Shown here piece after piece: positions 25,179-34,640 of a stretch of 64,000 nucleotides of DNA; positions within the stretch are counted from its first letter, which is position 1; each line of letters opens with the position of its first letter. The translations under genes were made by a program, and so were the position numbers. The stretch lies in sequence record PP359570, one strand, 5' to 3'. This DNA comes from Escherichia phage ALITA. The notes under the pieces were generated by a model that was not told the DNA's origin, ran no database searches, and saw only the letters and a program-made list of their open reading frames with translations.

Positions 25179-25589
25179 ATGTTCAAATGGTTAAAAGAGT
25201 TTCTAACATCTTTGGCAGAACCTAAGCAAGATGTTATTAAAAGCTCTATCACAGGAAAACCGCTTGTTATAGTTACAGGCGGTTTTGGTCATGGGTTTTC
25301 TCTTAAACAAACAGATATAGGTTTACAGGGATCTTTGATTAGTTTTAGAATCACCCAACTAGGAGATAATAGACAAACAATCTTAGACCTTTTCAATGGG
25401 GAATTTGATGACTATTTATCCAAGAGTGGTAAAGAACGTCTGATCGAGCATATAAAACACCGCTATGAGCATGGTGGTTACTACTTAGATACAAAACGTA
25501 ATGCACAAGGTGATCTTGACATAGTTCGTATAGCGTGGGATAATGAATTTAAAACTAAACTTGGTAAACTTCTGGAGGAGTTATGGTAA
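25179..25589 (+). CDS. hypothetical protein (136 aa)
   Basis: ORF-track ORF; caggagag SD. Confidence 0.5.
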   Translation: MFKWLKEFLTSLAEPKQDVIKSSITGKPLVIVTGGFGHGFSLKQTDIGLQGSLISFRITQLGDNRQTILDLFNGEFDDYLSKSGKERLIEHIKHRYEHGGYYLDTKRNAQGDLDIVRIAWDNEFKTKLGKLLEELW

Positions 25590-25765
25590 ATATTAAAACA
25601 GGTGATATTGTACGTCTTGCCAGTGAAGAAATGTTAATGACTGTAATGGTATCTACTTATGATACTTGCGAAGTGGTATGGTTTGATGTTAATGAACAAC
25701 TACAGAAAGCTACATTTGATAAACGTATGCTTCGTAAAGTTGAAGAAGTGAAGGAGGAAGAATAA
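25583..25765 (+). CDS. hypothetical protein (60 aa)
   Basis: ORF-track ORF; overlapping start. Confidence 0.4.
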   Translation: MVNIKTGDIVRLASEEMLMTVMVSTYDTCEVVWFDVNEQLQKATFDKRMLRKVEEVKEEE

Positions 25766-25766
25766 T

Positions 25767-25979
25767 ATGACAATGTTGCTTCGTATGTTTGTGTTTCTTA
25801 TGTTCTGGATTATCGTTGGTAACGGTATTGTATTTTTGATTTTTCCTGAAGTAATGACAGGTAATGAAAATAAGGCAGTGCCTTACATTATGCTTATCGG
25901 TTACGGTATTGGTACACTTGGATTACTGTTTGCTGACTGGTTAGTCAATACCTTGTTCTCTAAGTACAGGAACAACTAA
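25767..25979 (+). CDS. membrane protein (70 aa)
   Basis: Two hydrophobic segments (FVFLMFWIIVGNGIVFLIF, IMLIGYGIGTLGLLFADWLV). Confidence 0.5.
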   Translation: MTMLLRMFVFLMFWIIVGNGIVFLIFPEVMTGNENKAVPYIMLIGYGIGTLGLLFADWLVNTLFSKYRNN

Positions 25980-25980
25980 T

Positions 25981-26253
25981 ATGTCAGAAAAATTACCTAA
26001 TGTTTTCTTTTGTTTTGTAGATTGTGTTACACAAGAAATTATAGTTGACGAAGAAGGTATGTTTACTTATTTTGCATCTGAAGAAGAGGCAAAACTATCA
26101 GCTATGAAATGTATAAGCCAACTATCAGTACCTGCTGTCAACAGGTTCGGTATTGCACAGGTGTATAAAACAGTAACAGAGTTTACACCAGATCGAAAAC
26201 TAACTTTTCTTAACGTTCACTTTGTTTGTAAGTTTAGTGAACTACGACATTAA
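25981..26253 (+). CDS. hypothetical protein (90 aa)
   Basis: ORF-track ORF. Confidence 0.45.
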   Translation: MSEKLPNVFFCFVDCVTQEIIVDEEGMFTYFASEEEAKLSAMKCISQLSVPAVNRFGIAQVYKTVTEFTPDRKLTFLNVHFVCKFSELRH

Positions 26254-26266
26254 ATCAGGAGTAAAA

Positions 26267-26866
26267 ATGAAAGAATATTGGAGTGGTGAGAAGGGCTTAC
26301 TGAAGCCAGGAATGCTTTTGCGAGTGAAGAACATGTTGATCACACAAGATTACATAATGCCTAACCCTGGAGCATTAGTAGAATTCCTTACTGCGCGAGA
26401 TCAACCTGGGGTTGGTGAAATGTGGATTGTAACGTGGATATCTCTCGATGGTAAATTGCGCGTTGCTCCTATTGACCCAAAACACCTAGAATCTCCTTAC
26501 GCCAGTATTGATCCTCGGATCATAGATTTGGCTAGAGTTTATAAAGCTCGGACTGGTGTAGAATTAAATGTGGAAATTTTAAATCAATGTATTGACTTCT
26601 TACCGGAAAAAGTGCATAATGCACAACAAGAAGGCAACGGTTTAGAAGTTGTTCTTCTTAATGATGGGATGTTCTCTGGTTTGGCATCCGTAGATTTTCC
26701 AATAACATTAAGATTGTTACCTGGAGAATATGTACTGGATGAAGATACTATTGCTATATCCTCTAAGATTTTAGAACTCATTCCAGGTGCAAGGTGTGTT
26801 GGTGATACATCTTCCTTGCTGTTTACCCTGAATGAAGAAGCCATTATAGTTAAAAAGGAGAAGTAA
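26267..26866 (+). CDS. hypothetical protein (199 aa)
   Basis: Track ORF 26222..26866 trimmed to ATG after caggagtaaaa. Confidence 0.5.
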   Translation: MKEYWSGEKGLLKPGMLLRVKNMLITQDYIMPNPGALVEFLTARDQPGVGEMWIVTWISLDGKLRVAPIDPKHLESPYASIDPRIIDLARVYKARTGVELNVEILNQCIDFLPEKVHNAQQEGNGLEVVLLNDGMFSGLASVDFPITLRLLPGEYVLDEDTIAISSKILELIPGARCVGDTSSLLFTLNEEAIIVKKEK

Positions 26867-27022
26867 ATGATGACGTTTATTGTTGGTGTTGTTGTTGGTT
26901 ATTTTGGTCACAAGTACCAAGATGTTATCATCGCTAAAGTTGACGAAGTAATCGAAAAATTTAAACACTAATTTTTTAAAAGGCTGTACTGCTGTGCAGC
27001 CTATCTTTCAAAGGAGAGTAAA

Positions 27023-27196
27023 ATGTTCAAAGATACCAATTATAAATGTGTACATTGTGGTAAATCTTTTGGTGATCACAAAGCTAAAACATTCAATTGT
27101 CCACGAAAAGGGCGGGGTAGCTTTAAAGGTTTTAATCCATCCCACGTTTATTCTCCCAACTACGAGAAACCAGAAGAAGAAAAATTTGTAATCTGA
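27023..27196 (+). CDS. small zinc-ribbon-like protein (57 aa)
   Basis: Below track cutoff; aaggagagtaaa-ATG; CVHCGK ... NCPRKGRG Cys pairs; codon-counted. Confidence 0.4.
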   Translation: MFKDTNYKCVHCGKSFGDHKAKTFNCPRKGRGSFKGFNPSHVYSPNYEKPEEEKFVI

Positions 27197-27205
27197 GGAG
27201 GCAAT

Positions 27206-27493
27206 ATGGAACTAGTGCAAGAAGTTTATGAAAAACTGAAAGAAGAGAATCTTGATTGGCCTGAACATGCTCTTATTGTCGTCAAAGATACTAATGGTGA
27301 AATAAAATTCTCAAGTGTAAGTGAAGATGATGTTGTTTTAAGTCCTACAGGATATTATATGAGAGGTGTTACGTGTCTATTCAACACCAAAGTGTATCCT
27401 GAAATTAAACTTAGTTACGGTGAACCTGATCATCCAGAAATCGTTACACGTAATGAATATGAAAATTATTATTTTGCTCGTGAAAGCAAATAA
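27206..27493 (+). CDS. hypothetical protein (95 aa)
   Basis: ORF-track ORF; gaggaggcaat SD. Confidence 0.5.
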   Translation: MELVQEVYEKLKEENLDWPEHALIVVKDTNGEIKFSSVSEDDVVLSPTGYYMRGVTCLFNTKVYPEIKLSYGEPDHPEIVTRNEYENYYFARESK

Positions 27494-27501
27494 GGAAAAC
27501 T

Positions 27502-27825
27502 ATGCAAAAAATAAACACTGGTTCTCGTCCTAAACAGAAGCAAACAAAAGCAAGGGTATCTTATGTTGACAACTCTTGTTATAATTTCAAAAATGTTAAA
27601 GAAGTTATCATTGATGAAAAAGAAGGTTTGATTCACATTTCATCTGAACGTTTGAAAGGTAGTGTTACTCTTCGTGAGAATGTATCTATACCTATGAAAG
27701 TTGTGGCTACACTCTGTGTTGATAAACCAGATGTTGTTAACTACTATGTGTTCCGTGATAGTTGTATTTCATTACATAACAAGATTTTTAAATCTTCGCA
27801 CGTTAAAACAAAACACATTGTATAA
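27502..27825 (+). CDS. hypothetical protein (107 aa)
   Basis: ORF-track ORF; followed by UUCG terminator. Confidence 0.5.
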   Translation: MQKINTGSRPKQKQTKARVSYVDNSCYNFKNVKEVIIDEKEGLIHISSERLKGSVTLRENVSIPMKVVATLCVDKPDVVNYYVFRDSCISLHNKIFKSSHVKTKHIV

Positions 27826-27830
27826 CACAT

Positions 27831-27857
27831 AAACCCGCTTCGGCGGGTTTTCTTGTA
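27831..27857 (+). terminator. rho-independent terminator, UUCG-tetraloop family
   Basis: aaacccgcTTCGgcgggttttcttgtat, same element as at 2872; approx. Confidence 0.65.
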
Positions 27858-27899
27858 TGTGTGTTTTTATTTGTCTTAGCATAAACAATAGGAGGTATT

Positions 27900-28121
27900 A
27901 TGTCTGTAGTTGTAGAAGGTAGTATTGGTTTCTTAGTAGATAACCCTCACCCTTTCGTGGTTAAGGTTCATATTCAAGAAAAGGTAAGCAACAATACGTG
28001 GTTGTGCTTGTTAGATAGTAAGATACACTCTTATACAGAGGTTTATCTTCACACTTGGCAAATTGGTACGATAACAGCAGAGGATGAATTGATAATTGAA
28101 CTATATGAACGAGATCTATAG
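27900..28121 (+). CDS. hypothetical protein (73 aa)
   Basis: ORF-track ORF; taggaggtatt SD; last + strand gene before convergence point. Confidence 0.45.
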   Translation: MSVVVEGSIGFLVDNPHPFVVKVHIQEKVSNNTWLCLLDSKIHSYTEVYLHTWQIGTITAEDELIIELYERDL

Positions 28122-28197
28122 ATGACTTTATTAGAGAGTATCGTAGTGTTAATCATCTTTATCATTGTTGTCATAGGATATTTTACAGAAGACTAAA

Positions 28198-28236
28198 ATA
28201 AAGCCCCTAGAATCGCTTCTAGGGGGCTTTTGTTTG
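28198..28236. terminator. bidirectional terminator at convergence of + and - gene blocks
   Basis: aaataaAGCCCCTAGaatcgcttCTAGGGGGCTtttgttt: long palindrome flanked by A-run and T-run; approx. Confidence 0.55.
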
Positions 28237-28297
28237 CATTAGATAGGGAAACGTATTACTAAAATAAAAAGTGCGTTAGAATGCGTTACAGGAGGTT

Positions 28298-28555
28298 TTA
28301 AGAATGCATAAAATCTTCTTCAGGGCAGGTTGAGAGATAAGAGATGCACGTTGGGACAACAACAACATTATCTTTAAGGTTTGCAACCAAGCCTTTTGTA
28401 ATTCCAGCCACTGCCCCGTTAATATCTGCTTGACGGATACCGAAACCTTGTTGTGCGGATAGATAACAAAATCCCTCACCTTTCTGTTGATTATTATTGA
28501 AGTAATAAACGTAGTGCATCATAAAATGGTCTTTAACGATTTGTTCTGTGGTCAT
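28298..28555 (-). CDS. hypothetical protein (85 aa)
   Basis: ORF-track ORF, last gene of - strand block. Confidence 0.45.
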   Translation of the reverse strand: MTTEQIVKDHFMMHYVYYFNNNQQKGEGFCYLSAQQGFGIRQADINGAVAGITKGLVANLKDNVVVVPTCISYLSTCPEEDFMHS

Positions 28556-28567
28556 AATATTCTCCTA

Positions 28568-28592
28568 TAAGAAAAGGGGCTTTCGCCCCCTT
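28568..28592 (-). terminator. GC hairpin with GAAA tetraloop (terminator family of - block)
   Basis: aaggggcTTTCgcccctt on + strand reads GGGGCGAAAGCCCC + T-run on - strand; approx. Confidence 0.5.
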
Positions 28593-28599
28593 GGTCAAG

Positions 28600-29412
28600 T
28601 TACTTAGTCAAATGATCTTCTATCATTTTTATGAAAGCAGGATTGCTAAAAGCCTCTGCTGCCTTTTCTCTATAAACAAAGACTCCTCTATCTTCGTAAA
28701 GAAGAGTTTCTTCGTAATTAATTCCTGGGTTAACAACAATCATTTTTGTACCCATATTAAGTGCAGGGAATAATTCCCAATTAAAATTGATAACTTGGTT
28801 TGAACATCCTACTACAACAACCAAATCTTGCATGGTCAAAGTATCAAACAAGTGAGCCATATCTGCATACAAAGGTGCAGCCTCACCAAAAAATACAACA
28901 TTAGGCTTCACCCAGTTATAATCATCTATGTTTATACTATTGTAACCAATGTCTACCAGTGTTTTGTAATCTCCAGGATGCATACGGTAAACTACTTCAG
29001 GAAGATACCCGTGCACGTGAATAACAGAATCCCTGTCCACACCTGCTCGCTCTAATAGATCATCAACGTTTGTTGTCAAGTTTACTACTTGGTTAGGATA
29101 TTCCTTAAACCACTTTGCTATTTGAATATGTGCAGCATTAGGTTGTACATCTTTAAGCTCAACACGTCTTTTGTTATAAAATTCGTGTGTTTTGGCATAC
29201 AAATCCATACCGTTCTCGTCTACACCACCGACCACTGGAAGATCTGGAGATGTTCTCACACGATAACCTGCTTGGAAAGCTCCAATATCGCAGACCTCTT
29301 CTAAATCATATTCTTCCCACAAGGCACGACCACTATCTGTGTCTGTTCGGAACGTTCGAATCCCACTGTCTGCACTTAAACCTGCGCCACTAACAAAAAT
29401 TACTCTTCGCAT
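28600..29412 (-). CDS. Sir2-family (sirtuin-like) NAD-binding protein
   Basis: N-terminal FVSGAGLSADSGIRTFR matches GAG(I/L)S...GI..FR; IHVHG catalytic-His context; no obvious CxxC...CxxC Zn module. Confidence 0.65.
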   Translation of the reverse strand: MRRVIFVSGAGLSADSGIRTFRTDTDSGRALWEEYDLEEVCDIGAFQAGYRVRTSPDLPVVGGVDENGMDLYAKTHEFYNKRRVELKDVQPNAAHIQIAKWFKEYPNQVVNLTTNVDDLLERAGVDRDSVIHVHGYLPEVVYRMHPGDYKTLVDIGYNSINIDDYNWVKPNVVFFGEAAPLYADMAHLFDTLTMQDLVVVVGCSNQVINFNWELFPALNMGTKMIVVNPGINYEETLLYEDRGVFVYREKAAEAFSNPAFIKMIEDHLTK

Positions 29413-29969
29413 TCAATATCCTCTTCGTAATCATCATCCCAAGAAGATGCGTCGTAACGCTCTTCCTCTTCGAAATCCCAATTAATTTCTACTCCAAAAT
29501 CTAAAAACAATTTAACAATGTTTTCTGTAGAGTAGTATTTATCATAAGCGTTAGCTAGTTCCCAATACTTGTCACTCAATTTTTTATATTTAGGATCATT
29601 ATAATCATAATCTACTTTATAACCATAATCATACATCTCTTGTTCAGCTTTAAGCATAGCTTCTGGTGTAAGAAGATTAGGGAACGGACGATTTCTTTCT
29701 TTTAACTTAGAAACAATCCAGTTTGCAACATTTGCCACTTCACCATCTTGATTATCACCTAAACAACTTGCATAATCTCCATCTTCGTAAGTGCCTAAAT
29801 CCCCACAGACCACATGTACAATAGATGAATACGATCCACACGTTTCACAATCTGAAAAAGTGTCTACTGTTGTAATATCAATAGATAAAACTGGTAAAGC
29901 CATAGCTTCTTTCACACAAGCCTCCTCATATAATAACATATCATCAAAACCCATATATCCTCCACACAA
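29400..29969 (-). CDS. hypothetical acidic protein (189 aa)
   Basis: ORF-track ORF; D/E/Y-rich C-terminus; overlaps Sir2 start by 13 nt (operon). Confidence 0.5.
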   Translation of the reverse strand: MCGGYMGFDDMLLYEEACVKEAMALPVLSIDITTVDTFSDCETCGSYSSIVHVVCGDLGTYEDGDYASCLGDNQDGEVANVANWIVSKLKERNRPFPNLLTPEAMLKAEQEMYDYGYKVDYDYNDPKYKKLSDKYWELANAYDKYYSTENIVKLFLDFGVEINWDFEEEERYDASSWDDDYEEDIECEE

Positions 29970-29995
29970 ATAAAGCCCCTGATTGGGGCTTTGGT
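29970..29995 (-). terminator. GC hairpin downstream of 30009..30617
   Basis: aaagcccctgattggggcttt; approx. Confidence 0.4.
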
Positions 29996-30008
29996 TAAGT
30001 TTTACGGA

Positions 30009-30617
30009 TTATACCAGACTTTTAAGGTACTTGTCAAGGGCTTCTTGATCACCTTGACAAACATAGCAACGGAAGTCTTGAGCAGAAGGTTCTTTGTCCT
30101 CGTCCCAATCCCAATAAACAGTACCTTTATAACGTGAGCCTGGGAACTCGAAATATGCTGTATGAGTAATATGATGTGGGCCACCCCAAAACTGTATAAA
30201 AGTAAATTGAGGATACGCTGCTTTAACTGTATTTTCAAACCAAGTTTTACGATCTAATGCTTCGTTTATAAAATAAGCATGGCGTTCCATTTCATCCCAG
30301 TTTTTCCAAACGCATTTTTCATCCAGAGAAAAAACAAAATCCTCGCTGTTGAATTCATCTGTATCTTCCAAAATATCATAATCATGTGCACTAGGTATCC
30401 ACCATCCAGCTTCTAATAGTGCTTTCACGGGTACAAAACCTTTTTCAGCATATTGATCAAATTCTTTTACTCTACGTACAGTGCAGTATTCATCTTCACC
30501 ACCAATGTCCAGCAGACAAGCACCTTTGCGTCTTGCTGCAAGACCATGTGTATCAAAAACTACAACACTACCTTCACCATCTTCACGATCTACTTGATAT
30601 GCAACTTTTTGAGTCAT
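30009..30617 (-). CDS. hypothetical protein (202 aa)
   Basis: ORF-track ORF; no recognisable motif. Confidence 0.5.
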   Translation of the reverse strand: MTQKVAYQVDREDGEGSVVVFDTHGLAARRKGACLLDIGGEDEYCTVRRVKEFDQYAEKGFVPVKALLEAGWWIPSAHDYDILEDTDEFNSEDFVFSLDEKCVWKNWDEMERHAYFINEALDRKTWFENTVKAAYPQFTFIQFWGGPHHITHTAYFEFPGSRYKGTVYWDWDEDKEPSAQDFRCYVCQGDQEALDKYLKSLV

Positions 30618-30740
30618 ATTACCCCCAATGTATATGGGAAATTAACCAAAAGATAAATTCCCAAAAACACCAACCAAGAAAAGTTAATGGAATTATAAAA
30701 GCTATCAGAGCAGTCTTCCAGCCTTTCCACAATGTTTCCA

Positions 30741-31730
30741 CTATTCCTCCATACATTTAAGAATATGTGCAATGACAGGTATAGTCCAACCGTTACCTAA
30801 CATCTTATATGCTTGTGTGTTACTACTCACTTTAAAGTAGTCATCTGGCACACCTTGCAAACGGCAACACTCTTTAACGGTTAACTTTCTATAATGTACG
30901 CCTTCACTCAATTTTTCAAAAGCATCTAAATATCTTCCAGGTGGAATGTAAGCTAATAGTACGTCTTTCGGCACAGTCGTGAGGCAACGAGTTTTTTCAC
31001 TGTCCTGAACTTCCAAACAATGTACCAAACGATCAGTTTTAGATGTACTACGTTTGCCATTTTCATTAATTCTACGCCCATATATTGCTGCTGGATAAAA
31101 AACCAGTTGTCTGCGACTCTTTTCAAAATACTGTTCTATATTACCACCTTTGGCATAATTTGCATCTATGCAATAAGCCTTATCTCTGTCTACAATACTA
31201 TCATCTTCAATGATATCTTGCAACACTTCATTGGTAATATCCCAGGGTTTTATTTCCCAGTTGCACCAGTATAAACGTTGTCTATTCTGTGCCGTGAAAT
31301 CTGCGGAGTTAATGAATACGGGATCAACACCTAAGTAACTTGTGATCACGTTTTCCCACTCCACTTTCATCTTAACGTTTTCAAGCATGAACTTAACATT
31401 AGGGTTAAACTTTTTAATATGTTCAAGAATCTCAACATATTCGAAGAATAGCTTAGATCGCGGATCTTGAAAGTTCAAACCCTTACCAGAAGAAGAGAAG
31501 CCTTGACACGGACTACCACCTAACAAAAGATCAATTTCTCCCCACGGGATATCCCATTCTCTCCATTTTGTAACATCACCTAACTGAATAATATCTGGAA
31601 AATTTGCTTGGCTTTCAGCTATGGCGAATTTGTCTAATTCTGAAGCATAATATGTATCTACGTCAATACCTGCACTTTTTAGCGCAAGCATTCCTCCTGA
31701 CATGCCATCAAAAAGACTTAAAACTTTCAT
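30741..31730 (-). CDS. DNA (cytosine-5)-methyltransferase
   Basis: Motif I LSLFDGMSGG, motif IV GGSPCQGFS (PCQ), motif VI MLENV. Confidence 0.85.
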   Translation of the reverse strand: MKVLSLFDGMSGGMLALKSAGIDVDTYYASELDKFAIAESQANFPDIIQLGDVTKWREWDIPWGEIDLLLGGSPCQGFSSSGKGLNFQDPRSKLFFEYVEILEHIKKFNPNVKFMLENVKMKVEWENVITSYLGVDPVFINSADFTAQNRQRLYWCNWEIKPWDITNEVLQDIIEDDSIVDRDKAYCIDANYAKGGNIEQYFEKSRRQLVFYPAAIYGRRINENGKRSTSKTDRLVHCLEVQDSEKTRCLTTVPKDVLLAYIPPGRYLDAFEKLSEGVHYRKLTVKECCRLQGVPDDYFKVSSNTQAYKMLGNGWTIPVIAHILKCMEE

Positions 31731-31732
31731 TA

Positions 31733-32143
31733 TTACTTCTTCTCCTTAACACTAGCTGGTAATTCTGCCTTGAGGCAGAAGTTTAAACGGTAAGCCTCAT
31801 TCTCATTTAAAAGTACAGATTCACACGATAACCAGAACAAGAGATCCTCAATACCAGGGCTGTTAAGCCAACAGTGCAGAAGAGAATGTTGTTCTATATC
31901 AATGTAATTTAGTAACAAGGCTTGTAAGGCGTAACTAGTTCCTGTCGTTTTTGCTTTTTCAAGGATGATATTGTGTTTACTAACAACTTTCTTCCTAAGA
32001 CCAAACCATTTATTAACAACAACAGTCTCTTCTTGTAGTTGTTTTCTTATTTTCTCACATTCTTTAACTACAATCTGCATCTTATCCACTGCTGATTGAA
32101 GTTGTTCTTTTGTTGGGTTTACAAAATAATCACTATAATACAT
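31733..32143 (-). CDS. hypothetical protein (136 aa)
   Basis: ORF-track ORF; stop 3 nt upstream of methyltransferase start. Confidence 0.5.
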   Translation of the reverse strand: MYYSDYFVNPTKEQLQSAVDKMQIVVKECEKIRKQLQEETVVVNKWFGLRKKVVSKHNIILEKAKTTGTSYALQALLLNYIDIEQHSLLHCWLNSPGIEDLLFWLSCESVLLNENEAYRLNFCLKAELPASVKEKK

Positions 32144-32197
32144 GCTAAACTCCTCTTCTGTTTTTCTGTAGTTTATTCGAAAAAACTGGTGTTGTCA

Positions 32198-32223
32198 ACA
32201 AAAAACCCGCCGAAGCGGGTTTA
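32198..32223 (-). terminator. rho-independent terminator, UUCG-tetraloop family (reverse orientation)
   Basis: + strand aaaaaacccgccgaagcgggttt = reverse complement of the 2872/27831 element; downstream of 32226..32483; approx. Confidence 0.6.
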
Positions 32224-32225
32224 TA

Positions 32226-32483
32226 TTATTCTACAGGAACTTCTTCACCAAGAGAAACTTCTAAACGGAATGCTTTACTTTCAATACATTCACTACCTTT
32301 TAAGAAATCGAATTGCACTATAGACTGACTTAATAGAATAGATAGAATCACATCGCAATCTTCACTAGGGGCTAGATGTTTGTATTCTTCCTTCAAGGTA
32401 ACATCATAAAAACATAAGTCCCCTACTCCTAGTTCATCCCATCCTTCCCACGCATCTACAAAGTTAAACTCTAAACCTTTCAT
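32226..32483 (-). CDS. hypothetical protein (85 aa)
   Basis: ORF-track ORF. Confidence 0.45.
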   Translation of the reverse strand: MKGLEFNFVDAWEGWDELGVGDLCFYDVTLKEEYKHLAPSEDCDVILSILLSQSIVQFDFLKGSECIESKAFRLEVSLGEEVPVE

Positions 32484-33004
32484 ACAATCTCCTCGTAATT
32501 GTTATTGTGTTTTACTGTCTCAACATACAATAAAGATTCCATCTGTAATACATTACCAGAAATAATAAACCCATAAGCCATTTCAGATGTGTCTATATCA
32601 TATGCCCCGTCTTCCGGTTTAGCAAAGTGTAAAACTATTTCATCTGGGTTTTCTTCATCCCATAGTTTAGAAATTTTCCGAACCAGAATGTTAGCTAAAA
32701 TAGTTGACATTCGGGATAAAGCTGTATCCTCATATCTTTTAAAACCTAGCCAATAGAGGTTAAGAATTTCTACTTCTTCTTGTGTTAAGTTTTTGTCTAA
32801 AGTAATCAGATCTGTAGAGCACGGCGTTTTTGTTGAACCTACTGTTACAAAACCTGGAGTGTTATGAAAAACAATCTTAACTTTATCACGTATAAAGTTT
32901 AAACCTTGTGCCTCAACTATATATTGTATTGTAGGTACAATATCGTTTGTTACATCAATAAAACTATCTTTAATGACGCTTATATTATTTCTGGACAATA
33001 CCAT
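32480..33004 (-). CDS. hypothetical protein (174 aa)
   Basis: ORF-track ORF; 4-nt overlap with downstream gene. Confidence 0.5.
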   Translation of the reverse strand: MVLSRNNISVIKDSFIDVTNDIVPTIQYIVEAQGLNFIRDKVKIVFHNTPGFVTVGSTKTPCSTDLITLDKNLTQEEVEILNLYWLGFKRYEDTALSRMSTILANILVRKISKLWDEENPDEIVLHFAKPEDGAYDIDTSEMAYGFIISGNVLQMESLLYVETVKHNNNYEEIV

Positions 33005-33563
33005 TCTCCTCTAAGATAGGCTTAATAAATTCGAAAATTTGTTTTTTACTTTTACCTCGAATATTAAAACAAGGAACATTAAACTTTTTAGCCAACATCC
33101 AAGCTGTTCTTGTACCACCTAAAGGATCTCCATTTTTATCTGTATTTGCACAAGCCAAAAGAAAACAAGATGGTTTTGGATTCTCAAGATCTCTTCCAAG
33201 AACTTGGTGGATATTTCTTTGATGTAATTTTTTAGCACCTTGAGATAATCTGTCCCAAGCTGGATGCAATTCTTTTGCATATTGCAAGGTTAAAGCATAG
33301 TTTACACTATCTGGTCTGTCAAGAACAATAACCTCTCCCTCTATTTCATTACCTTTAAACGAGAGCCAAGGGATGTATATTTCTTTCTTTGTATTGTTCC
33401 CACTATCATATACCCCGCATTCAAATGCGGAATCTGCACCTTCTGCTTTACCAGATCGCAAAATGAACCATGTAGATAGCCATTTTGCAACAGATACCAT
33501 AGTATCCCATTCTTCGTCTGTAATATCTCTGCTACCAACACCTGTGTAGAATAAATCGCTCAT
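32985..33563 (-). CDS. DprA/SLOG-family Rossmann-fold protein (192 aa)
   Basis: Track ORF trimmed to MSDLFYTGVGSRD (ggagaa SD); GVGSR, GKAEGADSAFE, HQRN..Q, GGTRTAW..A....PCF resemble DprA/Smf blocks. Confidence 0.4.
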   Translation of the reverse strand: MSDLFYTGVGSRDITDEEWDTMVSVAKWLSTWFILRSGKAEGADSAFECGVYDSGNNTKKEIYIPWLSFKGNEIEGEVIVLDRPDSVNYALTLQYAKELHPAWDRLSQGAKKLHQRNIHQVLGRDLENPKPSCFLLACANTDKNGDPLGGTRTAWMLAKKFNVPCFNIRGKSKKQIFEFIKPILEENGIVQK

Positions 33564-33573
33564 GGTTTTCTCC

Positions 33574-33894
33574 TTAACAAGTAATATTGGGAGTAACAAT
33601 TGGATTAACAATTGGAGTGATAGGGTACGTAAACCAAGGGCTTCCAATTTCCCAAGGATTATAAGGTCTACGAGGATCAAATGGAGGAGTTACTTCAGGC
33701 TTTTTCCAAATCTCCGCTAGTTGTTTCTTCCATTTATCCCTTGCTGTCTCATTATCTTCATCCAACTGTTCATCATTATCTTTTATTTCTGGTTTTGGAA
33801 ATAAAAGCTCTTTGACTAACTCAACATCTTCCGTCTCAATAGTAGTTTCTTTCGTAAGTTCTCCTACTGTTTCTTTAATTGTGATTTTATACAT
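33574..33894 (-). CDS. hypothetical protein (106 aa)
   Basis: ORF-track ORF; Pro/Trp-rich C-terminal half. Confidence 0.45.
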   Translation of the reverse strand: MYKITIKETVGELTKETTIETEDVELVKELLFPKPEIKDNDEQLDEDNETARDKWKKQLAEIWKKPEVTPPFDPRRPYNPWEIGSPWFTYPITPIVNPIVTPNITC

Positions 33895-34640
33895 TAGTCC
33901 TCCTCTAAAGTAGAATAAAATTGTAACGTATTTGAATCATCAAAATATGCAAAGGTTAAATTACCATTGAAGCAAGATCCTGTGTCCATATATACCCTAT
34001 TACTGCTAATCATAGGTTTAGGAACATAAGAATGCCCGTGAAATACATAATCTACTCCTGAAACCCTAGGAAGAAGAATCCCTTCAAGTGCGCAATCTAT
34101 CATATCACGATCCCACATTAAAGATTCTGTGAATCGAGAAACTTGCTCTTTATTCATATTCAAACAAAATGGCAAAACTTCTGTCACTGGTAAATGTTCC
34201 AAAACTGAAGGATACCCACCGTGAATAAAGCCTAGTTTCATATTACGATAATTGACAACAAGTACAACAGGTAAATCTTCTAGCATCAAAGCAAGAGCAG
34301 TTGCACCCTCTTCTCCACACTCGTCTAGAACTGTATGGCCTCCGTTCTGAAACCAACATTCGTAATATCGTCTATCACCTTCTAGCAACCCTTTAATCAT
34401 CATATCTTCATGGTTCCCACGAATACCATAACGATTTAGCTTTCTGGTGAATTCAACAACACAACGAAAATTCTGCTTGCCGCGATCTGTAAGATCTCCT
34501 AAAGATACAACAACATCTTGATCTCGGATACCTAAAGTATTAACACCTTTCTGGTACAAATCAAAGCAACCATGTAAATCACCAATAATAAACAGGTCTT
34601 GATCATCTTTTACACTAATTTCTTGATATACTAGCATCAA
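33894..34640 (-). CDS. PPP-family Ser/Thr protein phosphatase (lambda-phosphatase-like)
   Basis: GDLHG, GDLTDRG and GNHE signature motifs in order. Confidence 0.8.
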   Translation of the reverse strand: MMLVYQEISVKDDQDLFIIGDLHGCFDLYQKGVNTLGIRDQDVVVSLGDLTDRGKQNFRCVVEFTRKLNRYGIRGNHEDMMIKGLLEGDRRYYECWFQNGGHTVLDECGEEGATALALMLEDLPVVLVVNYRNMKLGFIHGGYPSVLEHLPVTEVLPFCLNMNKEQVSRFTESLMWDRDMIDCALEGILLPRVSGVDYVFHGHSYVPKPMISSNRVYMDTGSCFNGNLTFAYFDDSNTLQFYSTLEED

